Below, one piece after another: positions 1-9,414 of a stretch of 64,000 nt of DNA (its first letter is position 1; the number at the start of each line of letters is the position of its first letter). The notes beneath the pieces were generated by a model. It was not told the origin of the DNA, did no database searches, and saw only the letters and a program-made list of their open reading frames with translations. The DNA comes from an uncultured delta proteobacterium (GTDB lineage: Bacteria; Desulfobacterota; Binatia; Binatales; Binataceae). A program made the position numbers and the translations under genes. Location of the stretch: positions 1,504,001 to 1,568,000 of the forward strand of contig CAVRVY010000003.1 of assembly GCA_963724765.1 (NCBI GenBank), given 5' to 3'.

Positions 1-394
1 TCACGCCTGGCGCGCCCGCTGCGGTCGGCGTATCGGGACGGGGCGCCGCGGCGCCGGGCTTGGCGCTAAGCGCGTGTTCGAGTCCGACTTCGCGGATGTA
101 TTTTTTCGCGCCCTCGATGGTGAAGCGCTCCTGGTGAAGGAGGCGCTTGATTAGCCGCAGCGCCTGCAGATCCTGCGCGGCGTAAGAGCGATGCTTGGAG
201 TGAGCGTGGCGCGGACGCAGGAACGGAAACTGGGTCTCCCAGAAACGCAGCACATAGGCTTCGACGCCGAGCAGCTTGGCCGCCTCACCGATCTTGAGCA
301 GTTGCTCGCTGCCGCCGCCGGCCTCGGCCCCGCCGCCTTGCGAGCGTGGGTTCTTGCGCGGCGAGGGGCGCGCTGTGCGCGCGGCGGAAGTCAT
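1..394 (-). CDS. MerR-family HTH regulator (partial; runs off window start)
   Basis: Not in ORF track. ATG at 394 reads MTSAART...LLKIGEAAKLLGVEAYVLRFWETQFPFLRP...HRSY...LIKRLLHQERFTIEGAKK; usual position after ihfA. Confidence 0.88.
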   Translation of the reverse strand, partial: MTSAARTARPSPRKNPRSQGGGAEAGGGSEQLLKIGEAAKLLGVEAYVLRFWETQFPFLRPRHAHSKHRSYAAQDLQALRLIKRLLHQERFTIEGAKKYIREVGLEHALSAKPGAAAPRPDTPTAAGAPGV

Positions 395-483
395 GCTGCG
401 AAACTCATGCGGCGAAGGTTATGCGGCGGAGCTCATACGACGAAAGTTATGCGGCGCAAGTTATGCTGCAAGTTATGCCGATC
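388..483. repeat. Degenerate ~14-bp tandem repeat x7 spanning the ihfA-merR junction
   Basis: aagtcatgctgcga / aactcatgcggcga / aggttatgcggcgg / agctcatacgacga / aagttatgcggcgc / aagttatgctgc / aagttatgccgatc. Confidence 0.75.
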
Positions 484-766
484 GTTTGGCGCCGTTGGCT
501 ACCAGTCCCTTTAGCACCTGGCTGGGTTTAAAGGATAGCACGCGGCGCGAGTCGATGGTGATAGTGATTCCGGTTTGCGGATTGCGTCCCCGGCGGGCGC
601 GTTTATGGTTGACCGTGAAGCTGCCGAAGCCGGAGATCTTGACCTTCTCGCCCCGCTGCAGACTGTCTTCGATTATTTTGAAGACCGCCTCTACGATCTC
701 GCAGGCCTCCTTTTTGGATGAGCCTATGCGCTCGTAGATTAGATCCACGAGATCGGCCTTGGTCAT
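473..766 (-). CDS. ihfA: Integration host factor alpha subunit
   Basis: MTKADLVDLIYERIG...VKISGFGSF...GRNPQTG; follows pheT; ATG at 766 (alternative TTG at 790). Confidence 0.92.
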   Translation of the reverse strand: MTKADLVDLIYERIGSSKKEACEIVEAVFKIIEDSLQRGEKVKISGFGSFTVNHKRARRGRNPQTGITITIDSRRVLSFKPSQVLKGLVANGAKRSA

Positions 767-813
767 ATTCTGCGGAGTATCGTCCCCCAAACCGCTTCCC
801 CGGAGCGGGATTT

Positions 814-3306
814 CTACTGCCGCAACTCTGCACCCAGCCGCTTCCGCACCCCTTCGATCAATTCCCCGTGGGTGCGGTTCACCTCCTCATCCGTGAGTGT
901 GCGATCTTTCCCGCGGTAACGGCACGCCAGCGCCATGCTTTTTTTGCCCGGCGCTATCGATCCTCCCTCGTACACGTCGAACACTTCCACACTTTCAAGC
1001 AACGGCGACGCGCTTTCGCGGATCGCCGCGATTACCCGGGCCGCCGAAATGTCACGATCCACCACCAGAGCGAGGTCGCGCCGGATAGCAGGGTATCTCG
1101 GTGGAGCAGTGATCGCTTGGCGCGGCAGGAAACCATAAGCGATGAGATGTACCAAGTCAAGTTCAGTAAGCACGCAAGGGCTACTCAACTCGACTCTTAT
1201 CGCTTCCGCTGGATGCAGTTCGCCGAGGTATCCAATCGGTTTTCCGTCGAGCAGCACCCGCGCCGCGCGCCCCGGATGCAGAAAGCGATACTCCGTTTCA
1301 CCGGCTGCGTCGAACCCTACGAACTCGACTTGCGCCGCCACGCCCAGCGCGATGAACCATTGCTCGAGCACTCCCTTGAGCGTGAAGAAGCTCGCCGCCA
1401 CCGCCGGCTGTCCCACCGCGCCCAGCGCGTAATCGCCATAGCTTATCGCGGCGAGCCGCTCATGCTCGACCGGCGCGCCGTCATGCATCGAGAAGACCTT
1501 GCCGATCTCGAAGGCGTGCAACGCGGCCGCCTCGCGATTGAGATTGAAGCGCAGTGCGCCGAGCAGTCCAGGCGCCAGGCTCAGGCGCAATTCGCTCAGT
1601 TCCGCCGACAGCGGATTGGTGACCCGCACCGGCTCACCGCGCATGCCCGGGTAGCGCTGATTATCGGCCGGCGCGATAAACGCGATCGTCCTGAGCTCGG
1701 TCAGGCCCGCACCGACCATCACTTCGCGTGCCGCGCCGATGAAGCTCCGATAATCGTTGGGCGCCGCGGGTGTAGCGGCGCGCTCAGGCACCGTGGCCGG
1801 AATTTCGGCCAGCCCCTTGAGCCGCGCGATCTCCTCGGCGAGGTCCGCGGCTTCGTTGAGATCGGGACGAAACGAAGGCGGCGTCACTATCAGGCGCTGC
1901 GCGCCGGCCGATTTGACCGCCGCGCCCAGCGCGCGCAGCCGTTCGCGGACGTCGGCGCCCGGAACCGTAACGCCCAGAATCGAATTCACCGCGCCCAGAT
2001 CCAGCATCACCTGGCGCTCGGAGGCCGGCCGCGGCTCGGCATCAACCGCCGCCGCCGAGATCTTGCCGCTGGCGCTCTTGACTATCAGCTCGGCGACGCG
2101 CGCCAGCGCCCGTAGCTGGCCGCCGCGATCGATCGCGCGCTCGAAACGGTAGCTCGCCTCGCTGCGAAGCCCGAGCCGGCGCGCCGTGCGCGCGATCGTC
2201 ATTGGCTCGAAATAGGCGCTCTCGAGCACCAGGCCGGTGGTGGCGGCGCTGACCTCCGAGTTCAGCCCGCCCATGATGCCGGCGATCGCCAGGGGCTTCT
2301 CCGGGTCCGCAATCAGCAGGTCGGCCGGCTCGAGCGTGCGCCGCACGTTATCGAGCGTGACGAACTCGCGGTCCAATGCGCCGCCCGGCGCCTGGTCGGC
2401 GCGCCGCACCACTATCCGGCGCGCGGCGATTTGCGCGCTATCGAAGGCGTGCAGCGGCTGTCCCAACTCCAGCATCACGTAATTGGTCGCGTCGACCACG
2501 TTGTTCAGCGCGCGCATCCCGCACGATTCCAGCCGCCGGCGCATCCAGAGCGGCGACGGGCCAATCTTGAGTCCGTCAATCGGGAGCCCCGCGTAGTGCG
2601 GGCACAGTTCAGGCGCGAGTATTTCAACACCGAGCGCGTTGCCGACGGACTCCGCTTGCCCGCCGCGCGGCTTGAGCATCGCGGACTTGACGGCGGGCTG
2701 CTTGAGTTTCAATCCGAACAGCGCTGCCACCTCGCGCGCGAGGCCCAGGATCGACAAACAATCGCCGCGGTTCGGCGTGATCGCGATATCAAGCACCGTG
2801 TCGTCGGAACGCAAATACGCGGCCAGCTCGACTCCGATCGGCGCGTCGTCCGGCAGCGCCACGATACCCGCGTGATCCTCGGAAAAACCAAGCTCGCGCT
2901 CCGAGCACAGCATCCCCTCCGAGCGCACGCCGCGGATAACTGCTGCCTGAAGAGGCGGCGCCTCCTGCAGGCTGTCGGGGCGATGGCCGCCACCGTGTCC
3001 GCTGCCGATCAGTCGCGCACCCAGCCGCGCGAGGGGCGCGATCATCCCGACCCGCACGTTGGGAGCGCCGCAGACCACGCTGAAGCGGCCGATTGCGCCG
3101 GCGTCGACGTCGCACAGGTTGAGGCGGTCGGCATTGGGATGGCGCTCGACCTTGAGCACGCGAGCCACGAAGACATCACTGAACCCGGGAGCGCTGCGCT
3201 CGACGTTCTCGACCTCCAGCCCGGCCAGCGTCAGGCGGCGGCACAACTCGTCGACATCGGCTCCGAGCGCGACGAACTCGGCGAGCCAACTAAGCGGCAG
3301 CTTCAT
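814..3306 (-). CDS. pheT: Phenylalanine--tRNA ligase beta subunit
   Basis: MKLPLSWLAEFV, HPNADRL, ITPNRGDCLS, TNYVMLELGQPLHAFD, C-terminal RDLALVV; ATG overlaps pheS stop. Confidence 0.97.
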   Translation of the reverse strand: MKLPLSWLAEFVALGADVDELCRRLTLAGLEVENVERSAPGFSDVFVARVLKVERHPNADRLNLCDVDAGAIGRFSVVCGAPNVRVGMIAPLARLGARLIGSGHGGGHRPDSLQEAPPLQAAVIRGVRSEGMLCSERELGFSEDHAGIVALPDDAPIGVELAAYLRSDDTVLDIAITPNRGDCLSILGLAREVAALFGLKLKQPAVKSAMLKPRGGQAESVGNALGVEILAPELCPHYAGLPIDGLKIGPSPLWMRRRLESCGMRALNNVVDATNYVMLELGQPLHAFDSAQIAARRIVVRRADQAPGGALDREFVTLDNVRRTLEPADLLIADPEKPLAIAGIMGGLNSEVSAATTGLVLESAYFEPMTIARTARRLGLRSEASYRFERAIDRGGQLRALARVAELIVKSASGKISAAAVDAEPRPASERQVMLDLGAVNSILGVTVPGADVRERLRALGAAVKSAGAQRLIVTPPSFRPDLNEAADLAEEIARLKGLAEIPATVPERAATPAAPNDYRSFIGAAREVMVGAGLTELRTIAFIAPADNQRYPGMRGEPVRVTNPLSAELSELRLSLAPGLLGALRFNLNREAAALHAFEIGKVFSMHDGAPVEHERLAAISYGDYALGAVGQPAVAASFFTLKGVLEQWFIALGVAAQVEFVGFDAAGETEYRFLHPGRAARVLLDGKPIGYLGELHPAEAIRVELSSPCVLTELDLVHLIAYGFLPRQAITAPPRYPAIRRDLALVVDRDISAARVIAAIRESASPLLESVEVFDVYEGGSIAPGKKSMALACRYRGKDRTLTDEEVNRTHGELIEGVRKRLGAELRQ

Positions 3307-4397
3307 GACGATGATCTCGTGGAATTGCTCGTGGAGGGAGTGTTCGCGGCAGAAGATCTCGCGACAAACGACGGGAACTGCCCAAGGAAGCGCAGATCGT
3401 TCTCGAAGAATAGCCGCATGTCGTCGACCCCGAGCTTGAGCAGCGCCTGCCGCTCCACGCCCATCCCGAACGCGAAACCCTGGTACTCTGCCGGATCGTA
3501 ACCGACCTTGCGCAGCACGTTGGGATGGATCATCCCGGAGCCCAGAATTTCGGTCCATCCGCTCTGCTTGCACACGCGGCATCCCGCGCCTGCGCAGAGC
3601 AGGCAGCTAATATCGAGTTCGGCGCTGGGCTCGGTGAATGGAAAAAAGCTCGCACGGAAGCGCACCGCGGTTTGCGGCCCATAGAAGGCGCGCGCGAATT
3701 CACTTAGCACGCCCTTCAGATGCGCCATCGTGACCCGCCCGGCGCGGTCGACCATGAAACCCTCGATCTGGCCGAACATCGGAGAGGCACGCACGCTAAG
3801 CTCGTCGCGCCGGTAGCAGTTGCCGGGGCAGACCACCGCCAGCGGCGGCTTGCGGCGCTGCATCACGCGAATCTGGCCGTTGGAGGTATGCGTGCGCAGC
3901 AGCATCCCGCCGGGCAGGAAAAACGTGTCCTGCATCTCGCGCGCCGGATGGTCGGGCGGAAAGTTGAGCGCCTCGAAGTTGTGGAAATCGTCCTCGACGT
4001 CCTGGGTCGCGGCGACCTCGAAGCCCATCGAGGCGAAGATGTCGAGCATCTGCTCCATCACCAGGGTCAGCGGATGGAGCCGGCCGCGTGGGATGCGCGC
4101 GCCGGGAAGGGTCACGTCCAGGCGCGCCTCGCCGAGCGAGCGCTCCAAGGCGGCGGCGCGCAGCCGCTCCTGGAGCGCCTCGATACGGGTTTCGATCTCG
4201 CGCTTTATCTGGTTGACGAGCTGGCCGATGGCGGGACGTTCTTCGGCCGCGACCTCGCGCATGCGGCGCATCACGTCGGTCAGTTCGCCGCCGCGCCCGA
4301 GCACGCGCACGCGTACCGCTTCGATTTGCTCGGCGCTGGCGCCGTCGCCCAGCTCCGCCATCGCCGCGGCCCGAAGGGCCTCCAGCTGTTCTCTCAT
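3303..4397 (-). CDS. pheS: Phenylalanine--tRNA ligase alpha subunit
   Basis: HPAREMQDTF, LRTHTS, FFPFTEPS, GFAFGMGVER. Confidence 0.97.
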   Translation of the reverse strand: MREQLEALRAAAMAELGDGASAEQIEAVRVRVLGRGGELTDVMRRMREVAAEERPAIGQLVNQIKREIETRIEALQERLRAAALERSLGEARLDVTLPGARIPRGRLHPLTLVMEQMLDIFASMGFEVAATQDVEDDFHNFEALNFPPDHPAREMQDTFFLPGGMLLRTHTSNGQIRVMQRRKPPLAVVCPGNCYRRDELSVRASPMFGQIEGFMVDRAGRVTMAHLKGVLSEFARAFYGPQTAVRFRASFFPFTEPSAELDISCLLCAGAGCRVCKQSGWTEILGSGMIHPNVLRKVGYDPAEYQGFAFGMGVERQALLKLGVDDMRLFFENDLRFLGQFPSFVARSSAANTPSTSNSTRSSS

Positions 4398-4480
4398 CCC
4401 GACCTCAAGAAGTCTGTATGCGCGTCATCGAGTCCGCGTGCGCGCACGCCGCAAGGGCGCGCCAAAACACAAAAGACATC

Positions 4481-4517
4481 AAATGAAAGACCATGTGGAC
4501 GCGCGCGCCACATGGTC
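4481..4517 (-). terminator. Probable intrinsic terminator after rplT
   Basis: Minus strand GACCATGTGG-N9-CCACATGGTC then TTTCATTT. Confidence 0.65.
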
Positions 4518-4553
4518 CTGTGAGCCGCGATGAGTCGCGCAGGGCGGCTCGCC

Positions 4554-4931
4554 CTAAGCGGCTGCGGCTTCGGCGGCTGCGTCGAGCGCTTTTTTGGCCG
4601 TGTCGGCCAATTCGGCGAAGAGCCGGTCGCGCTCCAGCGCGAGCACGGCGAGCTGCTTGCGGTCGATTTCGACGCCGGCCTTCTTGAGCCCGTCCATCAT
4701 GCGGCTGTAACTCAGCCCATACTCGCGGGCCAGAGCGTTGATCCGTGTGATCCAGAGCGAGCGGAAGTCACGCTTCTTTTGCTTGCGATCGCGATAGGCG
4801 TAAGTCAGCCCCTTCTCCAGCGTGTTGCGGGCCTGGCGATAGAGCTTGCGGCCGCCGACGAAGCCGGAGGCGAGCTTGAGCTGTCGTTTATGGCGGCGGC
4901 GTGTTTTGGGGCCACCTTTGGCGCGAGGCAT
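4554..4931 (-). CDS. rplT: 50S ribosomal protein L20
   Basis: MPRAKGG...[23 protein letters not shown]. Confidence 0.97.
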   Translation of the reverse strand: MPRAKGGPKTRRRHKRQLKLASGFVGGRKLYRQARNTLEKGLTYAYRDRKQKKRDFRSLWITRINALAREYGLSYSRMMDGLKKAGVEIDRKQLAVLALERDRLFAELADTAKKALDAAAEAAAA

Positions 4932-4999
4932 CGGCGATCAGTCCTTCCTTAATTTTGCCTTAATCTTGATTTAAGCGCTTTCGGGCTTTCGGCGCGTCG

Positions 5000-5197
5000 C
5001 TACAGGTATGGGACCAATTTGCGCGTATTGCGGGCGTCGGCGGCATTGAGGATGCCGGGATGACGCAGTTGCCGTTTGCGCGCGCGGCCCTTGGACGAGA
5101 GCAGATGGCGCAGGTAAGCCTTCTTATGTTTGACCTTGCCGGTCTTGCTCACGGAGAAGCGCTTGGCGGCGCTGCGATTGGTCTTCAGTTTGCCCAT
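5000..5197 (-). CDS. rpmI: 50S ribosomal protein L35
   Basis: MGKLKTNRSAAKRF...HLL; between infC and rplT. Confidence 0.96.
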   Translation of the reverse strand: MGKLKTNRSAAKRFSVSKTGKVKHKKAYLRHLLSSKGRARKRQLRHPGILNAADARNTRKLVPYL

Positions 5198-5257
5198 CGG
5201 TTACGGCCCTTGCTCCAGGTCACTTAGTGCGATCGCCAGTTGGGCGAATCATTGCGC

Positions 5258-5794
5258 TCAGCGCGGCGTCAGCAGGATCGACATGTTGCGCCCCTCCATC
5301 CGGGGCAGGCCGTCGGCCTGTGCGATGTCCTGCACTTGCGCGACGATCGAATCGAGCAACGTACGTCCCAGTTCGGGATGGGTTATCTCCCGGCCGCGAA
5401 ACGAAATCGAGAGCTTAACACGCTGGCCTTCGCCGACAAAGCGCCGGATGTGCTTGATTTTGAACTCGACGTCGTGTTTTTCGGTCCGCGCGCCCATCTT
5501 GACTTCCTTGATCGCCGTGGCGGTCGAATGGCGCTTGGAGTCATGGGTCTTTTTCTTTTGCGCGTAACGGTATTTGTCGAAATCGGTGACGCGGCAAACC
5601 GGGGGCTGGGCGGTGGGTGCGACCTCGACCAAATCCAGGCCGCGGCTTTCAGCCACGCGGATCGCTTCGCGGGTGCTCAGGATTCCGACCTGGCGGCCGT
5701 CGACATCGATTACCCGGACTTCCGGGACGCGGATCTGGTTGTTCACCCTTATCGCCGGCTCGCGCGGGGGCGGGGTACGAAAATCTCTACGAAT
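5258..5794 (-). CDS. infC: Translation initiation factor IF-3 (ATT start)
   Basis: NNQIRVPEVRVID, LDLVEVAP, FRGREITHPELG; in-frame ATT at 5794 preceded by GGAGGTG. Confidence 0.95.
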   Translation of the reverse strand: MRRDFRTPPPREPAIRVNNQIRVPEVRVIDVDGRQVGILSTREAIRVAESRGLDLVEVAPTAQPPVCRVTDFDKYRYAQKKKTHDSKRHSTATAIKEVKMGARTEKHDVEFKIKHIRRFVGEGQRVKLSISFRGREITHPELGRTLLDSIVAQVQDIAQADGLPRMEGRNMSILLTPR

Positions 5795-5904
5795 AAATCA
5801 CCTCCGTCGGCTGAGATGCCGACTTGCCGCTGAATTGGCAGTTCCTCCCATCAATTAACGGCAATTCTGTTTGAATCGTTTCCCCCCGCCTCCGGCGCTA
5901 CCGA

Positions 5905-7848
5905 TTAACCCGGCAACGGTTCACTTTTTAGCAGCTCCACAAGTTTTTCAAGCGCCATGACCTCGCTCTTGGCCCCGCGCAAAAGCCGCAGCGACACGCT
6001 GCGCGCGGCCGCCTCGCGCTCGCCCACGACAATCATGTACGGCACCTTGGCCAGTTCGGCCTCGCGCACCTTGAAGCCGAGCTTCTCATTACGCAGGTCG
6101 GCGGCCGCGCGCAGGCCCTCGCGCTTAAGGATGCGGGCGATCTCGGCCGCATAGTCCTCGACCTTTTCACTCAGCGAAAGCACGCGCGCCTGTTCGGGCG
6201 CTAGCCAAAATGGGAGCACTCCGTCCGTATGCTCGAGCAGCACCCCGATAAAGCGCTCGAGCGAGCCCAGGATCGCGCGATGGATCATCACCGGGCGCTC
6301 CTCGGCGCTGGCCGCGTTGGTGAACGTCAGGCCAAAGTTTTCGGGCATGTTGTAGTCGAGCTGGATGGTCGCGAGCTGCCAGCGCCGCTTGAGCGCGTCG
6401 GGCACGTAGATTTCGATCTTGGGCCCGTAAAACGCGCCCTCGCCCGGGTTGATCTCGTACGCAAGGCCATTGCGGGTGAGCGCCTCGCACAAAATCGCCT
6501 CGCTGGTGCGCCACAGTTCCTCGGTACCGAGATGCTTGTCGGGCATCGTGGCGACCTTGGACTCCAGCCGCTCGAAGCCCAGCGCCTGGTAGACGTCGCG
6601 CACCATCTGCAAGTTGAGATCGATCTCGCCGGCGATCTGCGCCGAGGTGCAGAAGACGTGCGCGTCATCCTGCGCCATCGTGCGCACGCGCGTCAGCCCG
6701 TGCAGCGTGCCCGAGCGCTCGGCGCGATGCAGCCGGCCGAAGTCGGCGATGCGCAGCGGCAGGTCGCGGTACGAACGCTTCTCGGCGCGGTAGACGAACG
6801 TGTGTCCCGGACAGTTCATCGGCTTGAACGCGTAGCCTTTGCGCCATCCCTCGGCACTCGAATCGATCTGGTCCGTTTCGCCGCCCTCGCGATCGGTGGT
6901 CAGGAACATGTTCTCGCGAAAATTGTCCCAGTGGCCCGAGGTATGCCACAGCTCGTTCTTGTAGACCTGCGGCGTGATCACTTCCTCGAAGCCATAGCGG
7001 CGGTACAGACGGCGCACGTAGTCGACGAGCGCGTTGTAGATGATTGCGCCCTTGGGCAGGAAAAACGGCGAGCCGGGCGAGATCGGGTCGAACACGAACA
7101 GGCCCATCTCGCGACCGAGCTTGCGATGGTCGCGCGAGCGCGCCAGCTCGAGCAGCTTCAGATGCTCCTCCAGCGCCTCCTTGCTTGCGAACGAGGTCCC
7201 GTAAATCCGCGATAGCATCGCGTTATGCTCGTCGCCGCGCCAGTACGCACCAGCCACGCTGGTCAGTTTGAAAGCGCGGATATAGCCGGTCGCCGGGACG
7301 TGCGGCCCGCGGCACAGATCCATCCAATCGCCCTGGCGATAAATCGATACGCGGTCGTCGGGGATGCCGTCCAGGATTTCGACCTTGTAGTGCTCACCCA
7401 TCGCGCCGAACCGCTCGATCGCCTCGGCCCGAGTGACCTCGACTCGCTCGACCTTGAGGTTGGCCTTCGCCAGCTCGCGCATCTTCGCTTCGATCTTCGG
7501 CAGGTCGTCGACCGTGAACGGCGTGGGCGGCGCGAAGTCATAGAAGAACCCGTCCTCGATAGTCGGGCCGATCGTCACTTGCGTGCCGGGGTAGAGGCTC
7601 TGCACCGCCTGGGCCATCAGATGGGCGGTTGAATGGCGCAGCACGTCGAGTCCTTCGGGACTGTCGGCCTTTACCGGCTCGATCGTGGCGTGATCCTCGA
7701 TCGGGTGGCTTAGATCGACCAGCTTGCCGTTGAGGCGCGCGGCGACGACCTCGCGCCCGCGCGCGCCGTCGAGCACCTCGCTGACCGTGGTCCCGCGCGG
7801 CACGCTGCGGCGCTGCCCGTCGAGCGATACGGTGACTTGCGCGCTCAT
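5905..7848 (-). CDS. thrS: Threonine--tRNA ligase
   Basis: TGS domain, RHSTAHLMAQA, DLCRGPH, RDHRKLG, KPMNCP, GEGAFYGPK, HRAILGSLERF. Confidence 0.98.
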   Translation of the reverse strand: MSAQVTVSLDGQRRSVPRGTTVSEVLDGARGREVVAARLNGKLVDLSHPIEDHATIEPVKADSPEGLDVLRHSTAHLMAQAVQSLYPGTQVTIGPTIEDGFFYDFAPPTPFTVDDLPKIEAKMRELAKANLKVERVEVTRAEAIERFGAMGEHYKVEILDGIPDDRVSIYRQGDWMDLCRGPHVPATGYIRAFKLTSVAGAYWRGDEHNAMLSRIYGTSFASKEALEEHLKLLELARSRDHRKLGREMGLFVFDPISPGSPFFLPKGAIIYNALVDYVRRLYRRYGFEEVITPQVYKNELWHTSGHWDNFRENMFLTTDREGGETDQIDSSAEGWRKGYAFKPMNCPGHTFVYRAEKRSYRDLPLRIADFGRLHRAERSGTLHGLTRVRTMAQDDAHVFCTSAQIAGEIDLNLQMVRDVYQALGFERLESKVATMPDKHLGTEELWRTSEAILCEALTRNGLAYEINPGEGAFYGPKIEIYVPDALKRRWQLATIQLDYNMPENFGLTFTNAASAEERPVMIHRAILGSLERFIGVLLEHTDGVLPFWLAPEQARVLSLSEKVEDYAAEIARILKREGLRAAADLRNEKLGFKVREAELAKVPYMIVVGEREAAARSVSLRLLRGAKSEVMALEKLVELLKSEPLPG

Positions 7849-8046
7849 CTAATTGGGGGACTTCGCCGCGGAGAACTTCGCCGAGGCGAACGTGGCGGCA
7901 GCGAACGCCGGCATCAGCGGCGTGATGGCGGCGGCGGTCGGCCAGTGATGGGCGATCATGAACGGACGCATGAATTCATGAGACGGACGCGCGCGCGTAG
8001 CAGGCGGTCGGGGAAATTCATGACGCCAGTATAGCGAAAGACAGGC

Positions 8047-8121
8047 TGGTAGGCACGGGCGGGTTTGAACCGCCGACCCCTTCCGTGTCAGGGAAGTGCT
8101 CTACCACTGAGCTACGTGCCT
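8047..8121 (-). tRNA. tRNA-Val(GAC)
   Basis: AGGCACG acceptor stem, TAGCTCAGTGGTAGAGC D-arm, CTTCC-CTGACAC-GGAAG anticodon arm, GGTTCAAAC T-loop, encoded CCA. Confidence 0.96.
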
Positions 8122-8256
8122 TCTTTGCAAATCCGGGCGGCCTTAAGCGGCCGCAGCTCCGATCCGGTAACAAATATCAGCCTCGCGGGCAACCAAGGCT
8201 TCCGCGAGCGACCGCCGAGGGCCTATCTGCTAAGCTCTGCCGCCAATGGCGGCGTG

Positions 8257-9324
8257 ATGGATCGCGAACGAATCGCACATATTTTCTTTTTCGGCTTCCT
8301 GGCCGTCATGGGCTACGAACTTTATCTCCTGTTCAGTCCTTTCCTGGTGCCGATCGCGTGGGCGATGCTGCTGGCCTTCATCGCTCATCCGGCGCTCCTG
8401 CAACTGCAGCGCTTCATCCGCCACCGCACTACCGCCGCGCTGCTAATTACCGCGATCCTGGCGCTTTTGATTGCGGTTCCCACCGCGTGGCTCTCGAGCG
8501 AACTTGCACTGGAGGCCACCAAGGTCTCGCTGGGCCAGTTCGTCCACCAGGGCGGATTCGCGCAGGCCGGCCGCCAGGCGCTCCGTTCCGACACGATCAC
8601 TTCGATCGAGCTCTGGCTCGAACAACAGGGCTTGCGCATCGAAGACATACGCCACTGGATGGAGAAGTCCAGTACCTATCTGAGCGGCTACTTCACCGCC
8701 AACGTCACGACCCTGGCGCGCAACCTGGTCGCGTTCGTCATCGATGTCATCATCATGCTGTTCAGCTTCTTTTACCTGTTGCGCGACGGCGAGGACTATT
8801 TCGAATTCGTCCGCACGCTCACGCCGCTTCCCGATGAAGACAAGGCGATGGTCTTCGAGACCTTGAGCACGATGCTTTCCTCGACGATGCGTGGGTTGCT
8901 GTTGACCGCGCTGCTCGAAGGAACGCTGCTCTGCCTGGGCTACCTGGTCACTGGCGTGCCCGACGCGCTGCTGCTCGGCGCGGCCTCCGGCGCCGCGGGG
9001 CTGCTGCCGCTAGGCGGCACCGCCTTCATCTGGGTTCCGGCCGTAGTTTATCTATGGATCACGGCGGGATGGGGCTGGGCGGTGGCGCTGCTGGTATGGG
9101 GCGTGATCGTGGTCGGCGTAATCGACAACCTGCTCAAGCCGCTTACGATCGGACAGGGCAGCGGATTGCCCGCAGTCGCACTCTTCTTCGGTATCACTGG
9201 CGGACTGGAAGTCTACGGGCCGCTGGGCCTGTTCGCCGGCCCCGCTGTGATCGCAGTCTTCGCCGCACTCATCCGCGTCTACCGCCGCAGCTACGCCACG
9301 CGTCCCCCATCGTCATTTGTCTGA
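8257..9324 (+). CDS. AI-2E family transporter
   Basis: Multi-TM; FFYLLRDG, IDNLLKP, GGLEVYGPLGLFAGP; ATG at 8257 (the longer ORF overlaps the tRNA). Confidence 0.88.
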   Translation: MDRERIAHIFFFGFLAVMGYELYLLFSPFLVPIAWAMLLAFIAHPALLQLQRFIRHRTTAALLITAILALLIAVPTAWLSSELALEATKVSLGQFVHQGGFAQAGRQALRSDTITSIELWLEQQGLRIEDIRHWMEKSSTYLSGYFTANVTTLARNLVAFVIDVIIMLFSFFYLLRDGEDYFEFVRTLTPLPDEDKAMVFETLSTMLSSTMRGLLLTALLEGTLLCLGYLVTGVPDALLLGAASGAAGLLPLGGTAFIWVPAVVYLWITAGWGWAVALLVWGVIVVGVIDNLLKPLTIGQGSGLPAVALFFGITGGLEVYGPLGLFAGPAVIAVFAALIRVYRRSYATRPPSSFV

Positions 9325-9414
9325 GAAGGTCGCCGTTCGTCTGAAACGCCGCCGCGCGCGCCCCCGTGGCCGCGCGCCGCGCGCGAAGCTAGATTAAACC
9401 GCATCGGACGGACC

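Noticed and set aside
718-7632. Long plus-strand ORFs antisense to pheT, pheS and thrS, and similar ones throughout the window
   Set aside because: Shadow frames typical of high-GC DNA; no motifs and they overlap well-supported genes.
8065-8256. N-terminal extension of the AI-2E ORF
   Set aside because: Overlaps tRNA-Val; the real start is probably ATG 8257.
8047-8300. tRNA as an integration site
   Set aside because: No integrase and no duplicated tRNA 3' end seen in the window.
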